DNA from: an uncultured virus (IMG/VR IMGVR_UViG_3300048930_001385)
Taxonomy: Duplodnaviria > Heunggongvirae > Uroviricota > Caudoviricetes
Direction: 5' to 3' (one strand)
Length of the DNA stretch: 64,000 nt
Virus record (IMG/VR): IMGVR_UViG_3300048930_001385
The notes under the pieces were generated by a model. That model had not been told where the DNA came from, searched no databases, and saw only the letters and a list, made by a program, of their open reading frames with translations. This document shows positions 1-9,838 of the stretch, in pieces. How positions within the stretch are numbered: position 1 is the first letter of the stretch; each line of letters begins with the position of its first letter. The position numbers and the translations under genes are program-made.

Positions 1-93
1 TCACCGGCCGCTCGCACCGAGGCCGAGCATCCTTCGGAACCCAATGATGATGACGATGATGACGATGCCTTGTCCGAGTAGTTCTGCGGCCAT
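1..93 (-). CDS. 30-aa hydrophobic peptide, leaderless
   Basis: MAAELLGQGIVVIIVIIGFRRMLGLGASGR*; ATG is 8 nt after CGATA. Confidence 0.45.
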   Translation of the reverse strand: MAAELLGQGIVIIVIIIGFRRMLGLGASGR

Positions 94-122
94 GGTAATA
101 TTATCGGCACCGCCGCCCCTTG

Positions 123-524
123 TCAGGAGGACAACCCTTCGGCCGCCTCCCATTCCCAGTCCTGGATCCACCATTCACGCAATGCTCTGACGGTGTGGAC
201 ACTGGGCGACTGCCAGGAGTTGAGGCGGGCGATATGTTGCCAGTGAGCGTAGAACTCGTCGCAGTGGTGGACGATCATCCTGCCGGGATCTTTCTCTTCG
301 GCTAGCAGTTTCATTATCACGAGGGCTACGCGATGACCCCGCTTCTTGCCGATCCCGGGCACCTCTTGCAGCGTCCGGGCGATGTGCTGAGTGAGACCGT
401 ATCCCTCAATGAGTGCTAACCGTTTCCAACTCCCCCCTCCTTTGCCGTTTATGGCCTGGGAATTGGCCTGGGGCCTCATGCTGGGTGGTAGACTAGCGAT
501 CAACACCTCATGCCAACTACTCAT
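123..524 (-). CDS. HhH (PGxG...REWW) family protein
   Basis: LPPSMR, LQEVPGIGKKRG, VRALREWW. Confidence 0.8.
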   Translation of the reverse strand: MSSWHEVLIASLPPSMRPQANSQAINGKGGGSWKRLALIEGYGLTQHIARTLQEVPGIGKKRGHRVALVIMKLLAEEKDPGRMIVHHCDEFYAHWQHIARLNSWQSPSVHTVRALREWWIQDWEWEAAEGLSS

Positions 525-528
525 ACTC

Positions 529-993
529 TCACCCTTGCCCACCCCCGCTTTCAAGCCACCATTGACGGATGAGGCGGAGTTGCTTGCGGGTGAGGGGCCG
601 ACGGTGGGGGAGCGAGGTCCCAGTCGGATAGTGCTTGGTCATCTTGCTCATCAGGCGGTTCCAGACTGTGCAGTCGGCTTGAGAGAATTTGAGAATCTTC
701 TCAGGGTCATGTTGTAAGACGTCTCCCGGTAGGGATCGACTAGCTACCTCATGAAGCAGGTAATCGGTGAAGGTTATCGCTGTGCGCTTGCCGAGCCCTG
801 GGGCCCCTGACCAAGCTTGCTCTAGGGCCGTGATAATCTCTTGGCGCTGGTGGCTGAGGTGTAGGGCTATCTGGAGAGCGTCCATATCCCCTTCCCCAAT
901 CACTGTTTCTGGGTAGGTCATGCACTCGCGTAGGCATGGCGGCAGGTCTGGTAGGTATTCGGTCTCAAACCATACTTCTTTCGCAGCCCTCAT
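529..993 (-). CDS. HhH (PGxG...REWW) family protein
   Basis: LPPCLRE, APGLGKRTA, QLRLIRQWW; ATGA overlap with the upstream paralogue. Confidence 0.8.
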   Translation of the reverse strand: MRAAKEVWFETEYLPDLPPCLRECMTYPETVIGEGDMDALQIALHLSHQRQEIITALEQAWSGAPGLGKRTAITFTDYLLHEVASRSLPGDVLQHDPEKILKFSQADCTVWNRLMSKMTKHYPTGTSLPHRRPLTRKQLRLIRQWWLESGGGQG

Positions 994-1400
994 CCTTGCC
1001 CTCCCCCGTGCTCTATCCACCATTGGCGGATGAGGCGGAGTTGTTTGCGAGTGATGGGACGTAGTGTCTTGGTGGCGAAGGGATCAAGGTCGTTGTGTCG
1101 CTCAGTCCGGAGCCTGCTAATAACTATGAGTCGTTCTGGCTCGTTATGGAGCGGGGCGCTGGGAAGCTCCGCACGAGCAGCCTGGCGGAGTAGGTAATAT
1201 GTAAAAGTGTCAGCAGCTCGGTTGCCGAGTCCTGGGATCTTGGCCCATTGAACCAGGAGTGCTGTTCTCAGGCCGCAGTAGTCGTCTATGGTCCAGACTC
1301 CTGTTCTGGACAGGGCCGGGAAGAGCTCTCTCATGGACAGGGGCAAGTCTCGCCTATAGTCCTCGTCGAGCCACTGCTGATAATTTTCAAGCCTTCCCAC
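990..1400 (-). CDS. HhH (PGxG...REWW) family protein
   Basis: LPLSMRE, KIPGLGNRAA, QLRLIRQWW. Confidence 0.8.
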   Translation of the reverse strand: MGRLENYQQWLDEDYRRDLPLSMRELFPALSRTGVWTIDDYCGLRTALLVQWAKIPGLGNRAADTFTYYLLRQAARAELPSAPLHNEPERLIVISRLRTERHNDLDPFATKTLRPITRKQLRLIRQWWIEHGGGQG

Positions 1401-1442
1401 CCTCTCAGCATAGCTCTTGATTTGACAGTGTTCAACCTATCC

Positions 1443-1853
1443 TCAAGAACGAGCCAGCCACTCGCGTACTAGCCGGGCCCTCATTACCCCACCTTCAGGC
1501 GGGATTAGCAACTCTGGAATATCATATACGATTTCACCGAGGGAGTGTCCTTCGCAGAGGCGGTGGATGATGAGATTGGTGAATACACGGCTCCAGTGGG
1601 GGCCGATACCAGGGAGGGTCTCCAAGCCGCTGAGGAGGGCGTGGTAAATGTTCGTGTCAGAGTGGAGAATGAATTCACGGTAGTCCCAGTCGCGCTCGCG
1701 CAGTATGAGATTAATGTTGTGCGTGTAGACCAAGTCTTGGATCCTGGGGTTTGGTTCATTGATGAGACCGGGGATCGCCAATCGGTCCGTTAGGGCCCGG
1801 TGCAACTCTCCCCGGAGGCGAGTGATCCGCTCCTGCTCCGATCCCCCTCTCAC
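1443..1853 (-). CDS. HhH (PGxG...REWW) family protein
   Basis: ETLPGIGPHWS, DIPELL, RLVREWL. Confidence 0.75.
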   Translation of the reverse strand: MRGGSEQERITRLRGELHRALTDRLAIPGLINEPNPRIQDLVYTHNINLILRERDWDYREFILHSDTNIYHALLSGLETLPGIGPHWSRVFTNLIIHRLCEGHSLGEIVYDIPELLIPPEGGVMRARLVREWLARS

Positions 1854-2287
1854 TCGTTCTCACCCCGCTCCGCTGTCGCCTGTACCCACCACTCGCGTAG
1901 AGCACGTACACTAGCTCGTGAGGGTGGTCGGTATTGGGTCGGGTAGTGTCCGCTGCAGACGAGGTGGTGTAGTCGCTCGGGGTCTTTGGTAATTAAAGAA
2001 TTAATGTCCTCTCCCCTGGCGATCAGGCCTCGGATCACCCAGGTGTATTCCAGACCCCAGGTCTCGCCAACCCCTGGCACCTGCTCCCAGACCTCGGCCA
2101 GGGCAATCGCCAGGTCTGAGCGATCAAGGAGGACCCTCTTCCATGTGACAAGATCACGCTGTCCTTGCATCAGTTCAAGAACAAGGTTGACCTCACTCTC
2201 GCTGAGCCTGACCACCCGAACAGGGAAAGGTAGTTGAGCCAGGGAGGCTTGCAGCTCGTTCATCGCCTGGGTGTAGTCAGCGTTCAC
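1850..2287 (-). CDS. HhH (PGxG...REWW) family protein
   Basis: EQVPGVGETWG, KDPERL, RPPSRASVRALREWW; start uncertain (ORF open to 2365). Confidence 0.75.
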   Translation of the reverse strand: MNADYTQAMNELQASLAQLPFPVRVVRLSESEVNLVLELMQGQRDLVTWKRVLLDRSDLAIALAEVWEQVPGVGETWGLEYTWVIRGLIARGEDINSLITKDPERLHHLVCSGHYPTQYRPPSRASVRALREWWVQATAERGENE

Positions 2288-2389
2288 AGGCTCACACACC
2301 TCTCCAGAGGTCGCAAATCTCACGCTGACGCAATAATCCCTGTTCCCGTGACCGCATGTTCTCACTGTAGCGCAGGAGAAAGCAGATAT

Positions 2390-2749
2390 CTAGGCCTGTG
2401 GGTCCTCATGGAGTTGTCCGCCCTCCATCGCCCCTTGCGCGAAAGCCGAGGCCCAGGTGGGGTGGTGTCCAGTGTAATTCTCGTCCTCTGCCTGGATGAC
2501 GTCATAGCCACCCTCGCAATCATCACGGACGTAGAAACCAGGGCGCTCGTCAATAGCCTGCTGTGATGCCCAGGCAATCGCTGCCAGGAGAGCATGTTCG
2601 CGGTAAGCATTGAGTGCGCGATCCAGCCCCTCCACCGTCGCCTCCAGGTGTTCACGGGTCAGCCCCAGGGCCTCCAGGTGATGGAGGATCTCATCGTCAG
2701 TGTAGTTGACGGCGATCCCGAGGAGCTGGGTGTCAAGAATCTCGGCCAT
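2390..2749 (-). CDS. hypothetical protein, paralogue of 56468-56800
   Basis: leaderless; shares ERP.F...GYDV...W..AF..GA.EGGQL. Confidence 0.8.
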   Translation of the reverse strand: MAEILDTQLLGIAVNYTDDEILHHLEALGLTREHLEATVEGLDRALNAYREHALLAAIAWASQQAIDERPGFYVRDDCEGGYDVIQAEDENYTGHHPTWASAFAQGAMEGGQLHEDPQA

Positions 2750-2831
2750 AATAAGATTATCGGCACCTGGACCAGTTTCTCGAGGCCAGCTTGGTGTCCG
2801 TTTTATAATAGACCGGGCGTGTAGGTGTCTG

Positions 2832-3161
2832 TTAGCTGAGGATGGCTTCGCGCTCGCTGTCGTTGACCTTCTGGCGAGTGAGGAACATTTTGATCGGGCG
2901 CAGTGCCGCCTTCAGCTCAGCTGCGGTAATGTCTTCGTACTCCATGCGACTATGCTCGGGGTTTGCCTTGCTTTCGATCAGGTCGATGGCTCGCGCGGCA
3001 GCGCGGCGCGGCTTGTCCCAGTATGCCCAGCCATCCGAGTTACGATTAGTCCAATCGCGCAGCTGGGCGACAGTAAGGGTTAGCGTCAGTCGGTTCGGGG
3101 TGTCACTCTGGCTGAAGCGTCGGAGTGCTTGCTGGAGATCGTAATCGTTCATGTAGCTCAT
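2832..3161 (-). CDS. hypothetical protein
   Basis: ORF between two element copies; WTNRNSDGWAYW. Confidence 0.75.
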   Translation of the reverse strand: MSYMNDYDLQQALRRFSQSDTPNRLTLTLTVAQLRDWTNRNSDGWAYWDKPRRAAARAIDLIESKANPEHSRMEYEDITAAELKAALRPIKMFLTRQKVNDSEREAILS

Positions 3162-3279
3162 ACTGTACCCTTTCGTCTGCTCTTCCTTATTATTATCGGC
3201 ACCGCGCCCGGGAGTCGGAGGACAACGGGGTGGCCACCTTACGAAGACTACGAGCAAGTACCCATGGGCTGTTGCTCAG

Positions 3280-3492
3280 TTACCGCCAGCGCCAGCCATC
3301 CCATATTAGCTCGGTGCCGTCAGCGAGGATGATTCCCTCCCAGCCATCGTCTGCCCTCTCATTATCTCGGCGAGCGAAAGTCGCATCCCAGTCAACAAGC
3401 TTCTGCTCTCGACTGAGCTCAAGCCGAGCCATCATCTGATCAGCCTCGTTCTTATCAGCACTGGCTAGGTTTAAGGCGATAGCGTAATCCAT
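3280..3492 (-). CDS. hypothetical protein, leaderless
   Basis: CGATA-N8-ATG. Confidence 0.7.
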   Translation of the reverse strand: MDYAIALNLASADKNEADQMMARLELSREQKLVDWDATFARRDNERADDGWEGIILADGTELIWDGWRWR

Positions 3493-3626
3493 AATATTGT
3501 TATCGTCACCCGCCCCAGTTCTCTCGAGGCCAGGATGGCGTCCTTCCCTGCGCGACATGAGACTCGGTGATCTACAGTTCAGCGATGTCTAGTTTTGAAA
3601 CAGCGTAATATAGTAAGTTCAATATC

Positions 3627-4136
3627 ATGGAAGAAGAAGAACTGCTCTCGTATCTGCCGCCCTTGACTCGGGATCACGCCCGAAAGCTGTACGCTCATTA
3701 TGAGCATATCATGACTGAGAATCAAGACCTGATCCCCTTCTCTTCTCGTCGCACAACGCCCAACCAACTGACATTTGATTGGCTGTTAGTTCACGAAGAT
3801 ACGCTGGTGGATGAGATCTACCATGAAGTTTTGTCTGTCAAGGGACTGGGGCCTCAACGCACTCGGGCGTTGCTGTGGGGTGATCGCGGGCTCTCATTGG
3901 AGAAGTGGATCTTCAGTGTGCGTTTGCTTCTCGTCTCCCCTGAGGCGCTATCCCATGCCGAATCTTGGGCACGAGCTCAGCGGAGAGAACACGTGAACTG
4001 GATGCGGAACAGCTATGAGATCGTGTGGCAGACATACCGGAGAGAAGACCTCATGTTTCCACCGCATCATCCGCTGTTCACCCGTCGGATGACTAAAGAG
4101 TTGCGCGACTGGGTAGCTGGTTGGCACTATGGATAA
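3627..4136 (+). CDS. divergent HhH family protein
   Basis: YLPPLTR, SVKGLGPQRT, SPEAL, ELRDW. Confidence 0.7.
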   Translation: MEEEELLSYLPPLTRDHARKLYAHYEHIMTENQDLIPFSSRRTTPNQLTFDWLLVHEDTLVDEIYHEVLSVKGLGPQRTRALLWGDRGLSLEKWIFSVRLLLVSPEALSHAESWARAQRREHVNWMRNSYEIVWQTYRREDLMFPPHHPLFTRRMTKELRDWVAGWHYG

Positions 4137-4233
4137 TTCTTGTAAAGAAAAGGCCAGTTACGCATAAGGAGAGTTGGCTTTTAACCACAACCCGTGCAAG
4201 GGGTCAACGACACACCAGCCAGTATCATTTTCC

Positions 4234-4290
4234 TGTACGATATCAGTTTGTACATAAAACTTGTACGTATTTGTACACAAAAATTGTACA
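4234..4290. repeat. five TGTAC[AG] motifs in an AT-rich intergenic stretch
   Basis: motifs at ~4234, 4249, 4262, 4272, 4285. Confidence 0.6.
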
Positions 4291-4624
4291 TAGCCTAGCC
4301 AAGATCAGCTTTGTGGGCAAGCAATGTCATACGTGATCAGAGTTCATACCCCTAGACAGCGTGGTCTTCATTGTGACTGGGCTCCGAGCAAAAAATAGCC
4401 ATCATCCTGGACCACCATTCATGCACAATCATCCATTGATGGAGAGCGAAGGGATGCATATTGGGGCTATCTTCTTTGCTATGTATTTATCGGTAACATC
4501 AACCGGATCAGGAGGACAGTCTGATGGCCTGTCATCAGGAGGTTCAGTGGATTGTGTGCACTCCAGCACAATCGCGGGCCCAAACCCACAGGTCAAACAG
4601 GCGGGTCACGCTGAACCAGTCTAC

Positions 4625-4825
4625 CTATGCCCGCACTGGCCCGTGAGCGTAGAGGCGGGTAGTGTCAATCACGCGATGGATGGCAGCTTCACAGGCAGCA
4701 GCGCGGGCCTTGCGCACGTCAGTGGCGGTGACGGTGAACATTCCAACGGTTTCGCCATGCTTCGTGTCACTGACACGGACATTGTAGGTGCGGCCACCCT
4801 TGCGCTGGTTTGAGAACTTCGCCAT
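4625..4825 (-). CDS. hypothetical protein, paralogue of 14671-14871
   Basis: MAKF.NQRKGG.TYNV.V.DTKHGE; near-identical proteins. Confidence 0.8.
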   Translation of the reverse strand: MAKFSNQRKGGRTYNVRVSDTKHGETVGMFTVTATDVRKARAAACEAAIHRVIDTTRLYAHGPVRA

Positions 4826-4934
4826 CGTGAACCTCTGCTGCCGGGGGAGGCTCTTCCTCCCTTGCTATATATTTATCGGCAGCAGAACGCGGATCCTCAA
4901 GGCCAGGTGAGTGGCCCAGCCGGATCGTCCTAGA

Positions 4935-5720
4935 TCACGAGTATATAAATTCCCGAGAATCCGACTCTATTAAGTGCCACGGCGGCTGCTCAAAGCGTCC
5001 CTCATGAACACGGTGATGAAATACATCCTCGGCAGTCATCGCACTGAGCGTGGTAAGCTGCACTCCCTCGGGGCTGTGCTCTACCCCGTGCTCGTAGTAC
5101 AGCGCTCGGGTGCAGTTGCCATGCTCGTCCCACTCTTGGTGTGCGGGCCCCTCATGGATAGGCCGATGACGCTTGCCAGCAATGCAATACTTCATGAGCG
5201 CGAGCTGACCATTCGGGTGCCACCGCTCCTGGGCAGGCCCTTCGCTCGGATCGCGGCTCAGGGTCATGAGTATATTCTTGTAGCTGATGCTGATGATCTG
5301 TTCGTCCGGTGAAAACACGGCCCTACACATCGGCCCCGGTCCATCCCAGATTCGGACGGTGTTGCCGTTCTCTGTATATTGGCGATGGACAAGGATCCGG
5401 TGAACGGGGTGTAGTTGATTGAGATGGTCAAGGTCGTGCTGGGTTTGGGAGAGGTCAGTGCCTCGGAAACTTGTCCAATCAATCCGGGCACTCGTCAAGT
5501 CGGCGCCGTCGAGCTTGGCCCCATCGAGCTTGGCTCCGCAAAGATTCGCGCCATATAGGTCAGCGCCGGTGAGATCAGCTCCCGTGAGATCCAGAGCCGA
5601 AAGGTCAGCGTGTACGAGGTCTCTCGGCCAGACGTAAGCCTGTCGCGCTTCCCCACTCCCTTCACGCCAGAGGCGGTGAAAGCTCACCGGGTCTAAGCGA
5701 GGGTGTGGAAGGATCGTCAT
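4935..5720 (-). CDS. pentapeptide-repeat plus HRxxGPA-repeat protein
   Basis: ADLSA LDLTG ADLTG ADLYG ANLCG; HRPIHEGPA; N-terminus shared with 62183-63319. Confidence 0.8.
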   Translation of the reverse strand: MTILPHPRLDPVSFHRLWREGSGEARQAYVWPRDLVHADLSALDLTGADLTGADLYGANLCGAKLDGAKLDGADLTSARIDWTSFRGTDLSQTQHDLDHLNQLHPVHRILVHRQYTENGNTVRIWDGPGPMCRAVFSPDEQIISISYKNILMTLSRDPSEGPAQERWHPNGQLALMKYCIAGKRHRPIHEGPAHQEWDEHGNCTRALYYEHGVEHSPEGVQLTTLSAMTAEDVFHHRVHEGRFEQPPWHLIESDSREFIYS

Positions 5721-5757
5721 AGTGATAGTATCGGCAGAGCGAACCTTTACTTGAGTA

Positions 5758-5839
5758 TGCGGATGGAGGGACTCGAACCCTCACATCTTGCGATACAGGA
5801 TCCTAAATCCTGCGCGTCTACCAATTCCGCCACATCCGC
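5758..5839 (-). tRNA. tRNA-Leu(TAG)
   Basis: GCGGATG acceptor, CAGGA-TTTAGGA-TCCTG anticodon arm, long variable arm, GTTCGAGTC; no encoded CCA. Confidence 0.95.
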
Positions 5840-5961
5840 TTGCCCTATTATTAACGGCACAAACACGCGAGACTAGAGGCCAATCTCTGGCCCTACTGGA
5901 ACTTCTTCTCCAGCAAGTATTTATTGAGGACAGGTAGTTGGCCTCTGGGACCTAGCCCCGC

Positions 5962-6207
5962 CTAGGCATCCCTGAGCGCTGCGGCGATGTGCTCGGCCAC
6001 GTGGGCATCGGCATCGGCCTGAGCGCTCTCACGGTTGGCATCGGCCTGCCCGCTGTTAAGGTGCTTGCCCTTACCCTCGCCCTTGAAACCACACGAGCAA
6101 GAAGCGTGGAAGCCCTCACCGTAACGAGCGCCACCCGGCGATGCCATGATTGCGGGACGAACGCGGTGGGCGGCGACAACCTCTGCGATTACTGCGATCT
6201 CGGTCAT
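5962..6207 (-). CDS. small CxCG...HxxxH putative metal-binding protein
   Basis: SCSCG, AHVAEH; related to 19964-20236 and 15282-15527. Confidence 0.7.
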   Translation of the reverse strand: MTEIAVIAEVVAAHRVRPAIMASPGGARYGEGFHASCSCGFKGEGKGKHLNSGQADANRESAQADADAHVAEHIAAALRDA

Positions 6208-6601
6208 GGTGGCATCTCCCGGTAAGATATCTACGTGTCAGGCTCTAGCCCTTGCCCTTGCCTAATATATATCGGCACGGCAAGTATTTTATTGAGGACA
6301 GATGATTGGCCTTCTGCCCCGTCGGAGATTAGGCTGTCAGCGGTGGCAATGCACGCAGGGCTTGTCGTCCTCTGTGGCCGGGCGATCAACACTCAACAGG
6401 AGGGACCCACAACGAGCCTTCCAGCTATTGGGCACAGGAGAGTCAGCAGGCTTGGCAGCGACATGTGCGACGGTGCCCGGGAGGGTCACGATGCGATCAC
6501 TAGCCTTGATATTCTGTTCTCTCCAAACTATTGGTATTCGCCCTTGCCTAGTATATATCGGCAGCGGGATGCGCTGCCAGGAGGCCAATGTCCTGACCGC
6601 C

Positions 6602-6802
6602 CTAATCCTGCCGCTTGTTCTGTCGCCAGCTGAAGCCGAATGCACCCGGCGCGTCAATGGTCGTCGTCTGACGGTTCCGGCCCCAAGTGCGACTGAAGGG
6701 ACCGAGGCGGAGCGTCCAGCTGACACCCGTCTTCGTGAAATTGACGTAGAACAGCCCGGGGATGATTGGGAAGCTCTTACGGAATCGGAGTCGGTACTTC
6801 AT
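6602..6802 (-). CDS. DUF4236-like protein
   Basis: RFRKSFPIIPG...NFTKTGVSW...G...PG.FGFSWR; paralogue at 19247. Confidence 0.75.
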   Translation of the reverse strand: MKYRLRFRKSFPIIPGLFYVNFTKTGVSWTLRLGPFSRTWGRNRQTTTIDAPGAFGFSWRQNKRQD

Positions 6803-6811
6803 GTTCTGACC

Positions 6812-6922
6812 TCAGTAGTTGGCGAGGTAGGCGGTGATCTCGCCCATGAGCCGGCGCATGAGGTCGTTGATGATTGCCTCCTGCTGCTGGGCCGTCATCG
6901 TGAAGCCAGTGAAATCAATCAT
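6812..6922 (-). CDS. 36-aa peptide, paralogue of 19772-19879
   Basis: MIDFTGFTMTAQQQEAIINDLMRRLMGEITAYLANY. Confidence 0.7.
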   Translation of the reverse strand: MIDFTGFTMTAQQQEAIINDLMRRLMGEITAYLANY

Positions 6923-7009
6923 CCTCGCGCCTTCCCTTGCTTTGCCGTAATATTATTATCGGCAACTAACGAGGAGACTGGAGGCCAAGTTGGTGGCCGA
7001 CCTATTCAA

Positions 7010-7083
7010 TCGGGCATGCAAGATTCGAACTTGCGACCCCTCGCTCCCAAAGCGAGTGCGCTACCAGACTGCGCCAATGCCCG
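7010..7083 (-). tRNA. tRNA-Pro(TGG)
   Basis: CGGGCAT acceptor, CTCGC-TTTGGGA-GCGAG, GTTCGAATC. Confidence 0.95.
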
Positions 7084-7214
7084 TGGTGTATCTACATAGA
7101 GTGTATCGGAACATCTACCGGATATCTTGAGGCCTTCGCATCGGCCGCTTGTGCTCTATTGACCTGAACGAGCACCTGGTACCAGCCACACGACCAGCCT
7201 TAGCCTCTGGTCCC

Positions 7215-7733
7215 TCAACCACTTCCTCCATTCTCCAACCACCACTCCCGTATTAGTCTTAGTTGAGCCCTTGTAAGCGGATTATTTTGATTGGGTGCAA
7301 ACACGTTCTGTCTGAGTTGCTTATTGTATTCATACAGCTCTTGCGGTGCATGGAGCAATCGCGTTCCGGGCAGGCGGTTCTCGTTATTATCAAGTTGAAC
7401 CGGAGCAAAGGTCCAGTCAACTTCGCCTGGCGCACACGCCTGTAGCTCGTAGAGAAGGATGTCGTATAGGTTCTCCGCGCAGCGCGTGCCGAGGCCAGTC
7501 ACCGATTCAAACTCAGCCTCTAGGATTGGGCGCAAGGGTAGAGTTAGCCCGTACCAATGAGATAGAGTGGGTTTGTAATGATGATCCTTCGAGTGAATCC
7601 ATATAGGAGGCTGAAGGGCACTGTAAAACCAGTCGGGCAGTGAGGTGAAGTTTTCACGGAGAGGATGTGGAAGGCTCTCCGTTACCGGCCCTTGTAGCCA
7701 TTGGATCAGCATCGAGCCCTTGTCAGTGGTCAC
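7215..7733 (-). CDS. HhH (PGxG...REWW) family protein
   Basis: LPHPLRE, SVTGLGTRCA, QLRLIREWW; start uncertain. Confidence 0.75.
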   Translation of the reverse strand: MTTDKGSMLIQWLQGPVTESLPHPLRENFTSLPDWFYSALQPPIWIHSKDHHYKPTLSHWYGLTLPLRPILEAEFESVTGLGTRCAENLYDILLYELQACAPGEVDWTFAPVQLDNNENRLPGTRLLHAPQELYEYNKQLRQNVFAPNQNNPLTRAQLRLIREWWLENGGSG

Positions 7734-8133
7734 ACCAACCCCCGTTTTTGATCCACCACTCCCGCACCAGCCGAAGCTGAGCACGGGTCAGGGCCCGATA
7801 CTCACGGCCACGAAAGATCTTGACAGTGTTGCCGACATTCATATCCTTAACCCAGTCTTGCAGGTGTGCCAATGCTCGCTCAGGTTCATGGATTAGCATG
7901 TGACCGGGCAACTGGTTAACCAGGATGTCTGCTTTAATAAGGATTGCGACCTGGCCTGCAGCGGCGGGTCCTAGGCCCGGGGCTGATTGGAACAACTCAC
8001 TGAGTAGGTCTGCAAGACCTTGAGGGTGCAGAAAAGTATATTGCTCTAACCACACAGAAGTAATAGTCTCGCGAAGTGGCAGGGGAAAGCTCTCAATCGA
8101 TTCATCCCACTCTTTAGCCGGTATCCTACTCAT
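7723..8133 (-). CDS. HhH (PGxG...REWW) family protein
   Basis: FPLPLRE, SAPGLGPAAA, HEPER, QLRLVREWW; TGCTAGACT -10 upstream. Confidence 0.8.
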   Translation of the reverse strand: MSRIPAKEWDESIESFPLPLRETITSVWLEQYTFLHPQGLADLLSELFQSAPGLGPAAAGQVAILIKADILVNQLPGHMLIHEPERALAHLQDWVKDMNVGNTVKIFRGREYRALTRAQLRLVREWWIKNGGWCDH

Positions 8134-8250
8134 CCTGTCCTAGTCTAGCACGCTCTGCCCTATCCACCATGGACGGAATACTCAGTCTGAGCAGGCCGGT
8201 CTTGACCAAACTCTGTGATTAAGCTCTCCGCAGCCTGTTGGCAAGCCGAT

Positions 8251-8826
8251 TCATTGCTCACGGTTAAGCCACCTTTGCCTCTCCCTGGCCTGGCGTGTAA
8301 GCTTTTGGATCATCTGGCCCTGCGTGGCCATGTAAGTCTTGTCTAGAGAGCTCCACTTACCACTCTTCATATATAGGGGCACCGCGACCTTGTTGAGGAT
8401 AATGTGATATGGCGAGAAAGCGATGCTCTCTGTGCCCTGGTGATGCCAATGGCTGACATTTGCAAACTCACCTGGCTCCATCGCCCGAATGCGTTCTACC
8501 ATTAATCCAATTGTTCTAATTTCAGCTGCCGCATCACGATAGTAGCCAGGCCATGCCTCGTAGTAGACCGCATCAATCATGTCGCCGTCCCTGTTCCAAT
8601 ATGAGCGAGCGGGCCCCTCGTCTACACGACGACTCAACTTGAATCCACCGCTAGCTGGGTAAGAGTGAGACCTCAGGCTATACTGCTCGGTTTCCAACGA
8701 CTGATCATCTTGGTGGTAGCGGCACTTGATCTCGTAATCGCCGTCATGGATAAGGAGTAGCTCACCCCTCTGTTCGCGCACGATACCGTGCTTCCAGCGA
8801 TCCCTGTCCTCATCAAACGTTCTCAT
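8251..8826 (-). CDS. hypothetical protein, paralogue of 25919-26500
   Basis: EGPA, YYE.WPGYY.DAA.EI, SPYH, VPLYMK shared. Confidence 0.8.
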   Translation of the reverse strand: MRTFDEDRDRWKHGIVREQRGELLLIHDGDYEIKCRYHQDDQSLETEQYSLRSHSYPASGGFKLSRRVDEGPARSYWNRDGDMIDAVYYEAWPGYYRDAAAEIRTIGLMVERIRAMEPGEFANVSHWHHQGTESIAFSPYHIILNKVAVPLYMKSGKWSSLDKTYMATQGQMIQKLTRQARERQRWLNREQ

Positions 8827-8829
8827 CGG

Positions 8830-8949
8830 CTACCTTGTAATCCCTCTGGCGTCGTCTTCAGCCTTGTTATAAGGCATCCGCTCTCGTAGAGCCAGAGGTG
8901 TGCTAGGATAGTAATCCGTTGTTATCCAGGTGTAATACTCCTCGAGCAT
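8830..8949 (-). pseudogene. N-terminal fragment of the HhH family
   Basis: MLEEYYTWITTDYYPSTPLALRERMP...* resembles the N-terminus of 27493-27960. Confidence 0.55.
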
Positions 8950-8996
8950 GTACTCATTGTAGCACACGGCCCCAGCTAATCTTTAATTGCCACCTG

Positions 8997-9818
8997 TCAA
9001 CAGATCTGGGCTGCCTGCCGACGGCTTAGCTCTCGCTGTCGTAATCGTATCTGCCGGGTAAGGTGTGCGAGCATATCTTGATGTCGCTTGACACCGTTCC
9101 AAGCAAGGCGACTATAATCAGAAGCGATGATTACAGGCACATGTCGTCCATCATTGTATGATAGACACTCAGGAGTCAGCGCCCAGTCAGTGCCAAGATA
9201 AACCCAGGTATATACTACCTCTGGATCAAGCGCTGCAGCATATTGTTCACGAGCAGCGATTAACAGATGAGTTTGCTCCACAATCTGGTCAGTGGTCCAG
9301 GCGCTTAGGTCTCGCGGCCTTTTTCCGTTCTGACGATACTCTGCTTCAACAACGCGCTTGGTGCCGTCAGCCAGGTATGCTATGTATGCCGGTCCTTCCT
9401 TGTAAGGTCGATGTTCTACTCCTTCCCGCATCCACTTTAACTTGATCGGGGTCTCCTGATGATAATATGTCTCAGCAGGCCCATCTTCGCGGTGTATCAA
9501 CCCTCGCTGAAGGTAGCGCTCCACTTTTAGCTCACCGTTCTGATCCCAAGAGACGAAGGCAGGTCCCACATCGCGGTGGTTTAAGCCATCAACATAGTAT
9601 GAAACTACTGATTGAACACCAGTGGAGTACCAAGACGTGTAAGCTGGGCCATCGGTGCAGTGAAAGAGCATATCCGAGTTGCCCAGGATCTCAACAGAAA
9701 GGGCCCCGTTTTCATGGTAAGACCGATACCGGCAGCTGCCATCCGGCAGCCAATGGATCGTTTTGGTAGCGCCGAACCCGGGGCTGCCATCGAGGAGGCT
9801 TTTGATACTAGCTGTCAC
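8997..9818 (-). CDS. HRxDGPA-repeat (MORN/YwqK-like) protein, paralogue of 26505-27323
   Basis: HCTDGPA, HRDVGPA, HREDGPA, HRPYKEGPA; C-terminal LAHLTRQIRLRQ. Confidence 0.8.
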   Translation of the reverse strand: MTASIKSLLDGSPGFGATKTIHWLPDGSCRYRSYHENGALSVEILGNSDMLFHCTDGPAYTSWYSTGVQSVVSYYVDGLNHRDVGPAFVSWDQNGELKVERYLQRGLIHREDGPAETYYHQETPIKLKWMREGVEHRPYKEGPAYIAYLADGTKRVVEAEYRQNGKRPRDLSAWTTDQIVEQTHLLIAAREQYAAALDPEVVYTWVYLGTDWALTPECLSYNDGRHVPVIIASDYSRLAWNGVKRHQDMLAHLTRQIRLRQRELSRRQAAQIC

Positions 9819-9838
9819 TCTCTTAGTCTAGCACGATC

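Noticed and set aside
5758..5839. tRNAs as prophage attachment sites
   Set aside because: I noticed no duplicated tRNA 3' ends and no integrase; the tRNAs sit behind the same promoter element as the ORFs
6302..7099. Long + strand ORFs (e.g. 6302-7099, 33629-34156, 53004-53780)
   Set aside because: They are antisense shadows of better-supported minus-strand genes or tRNAs and cross element boundaries
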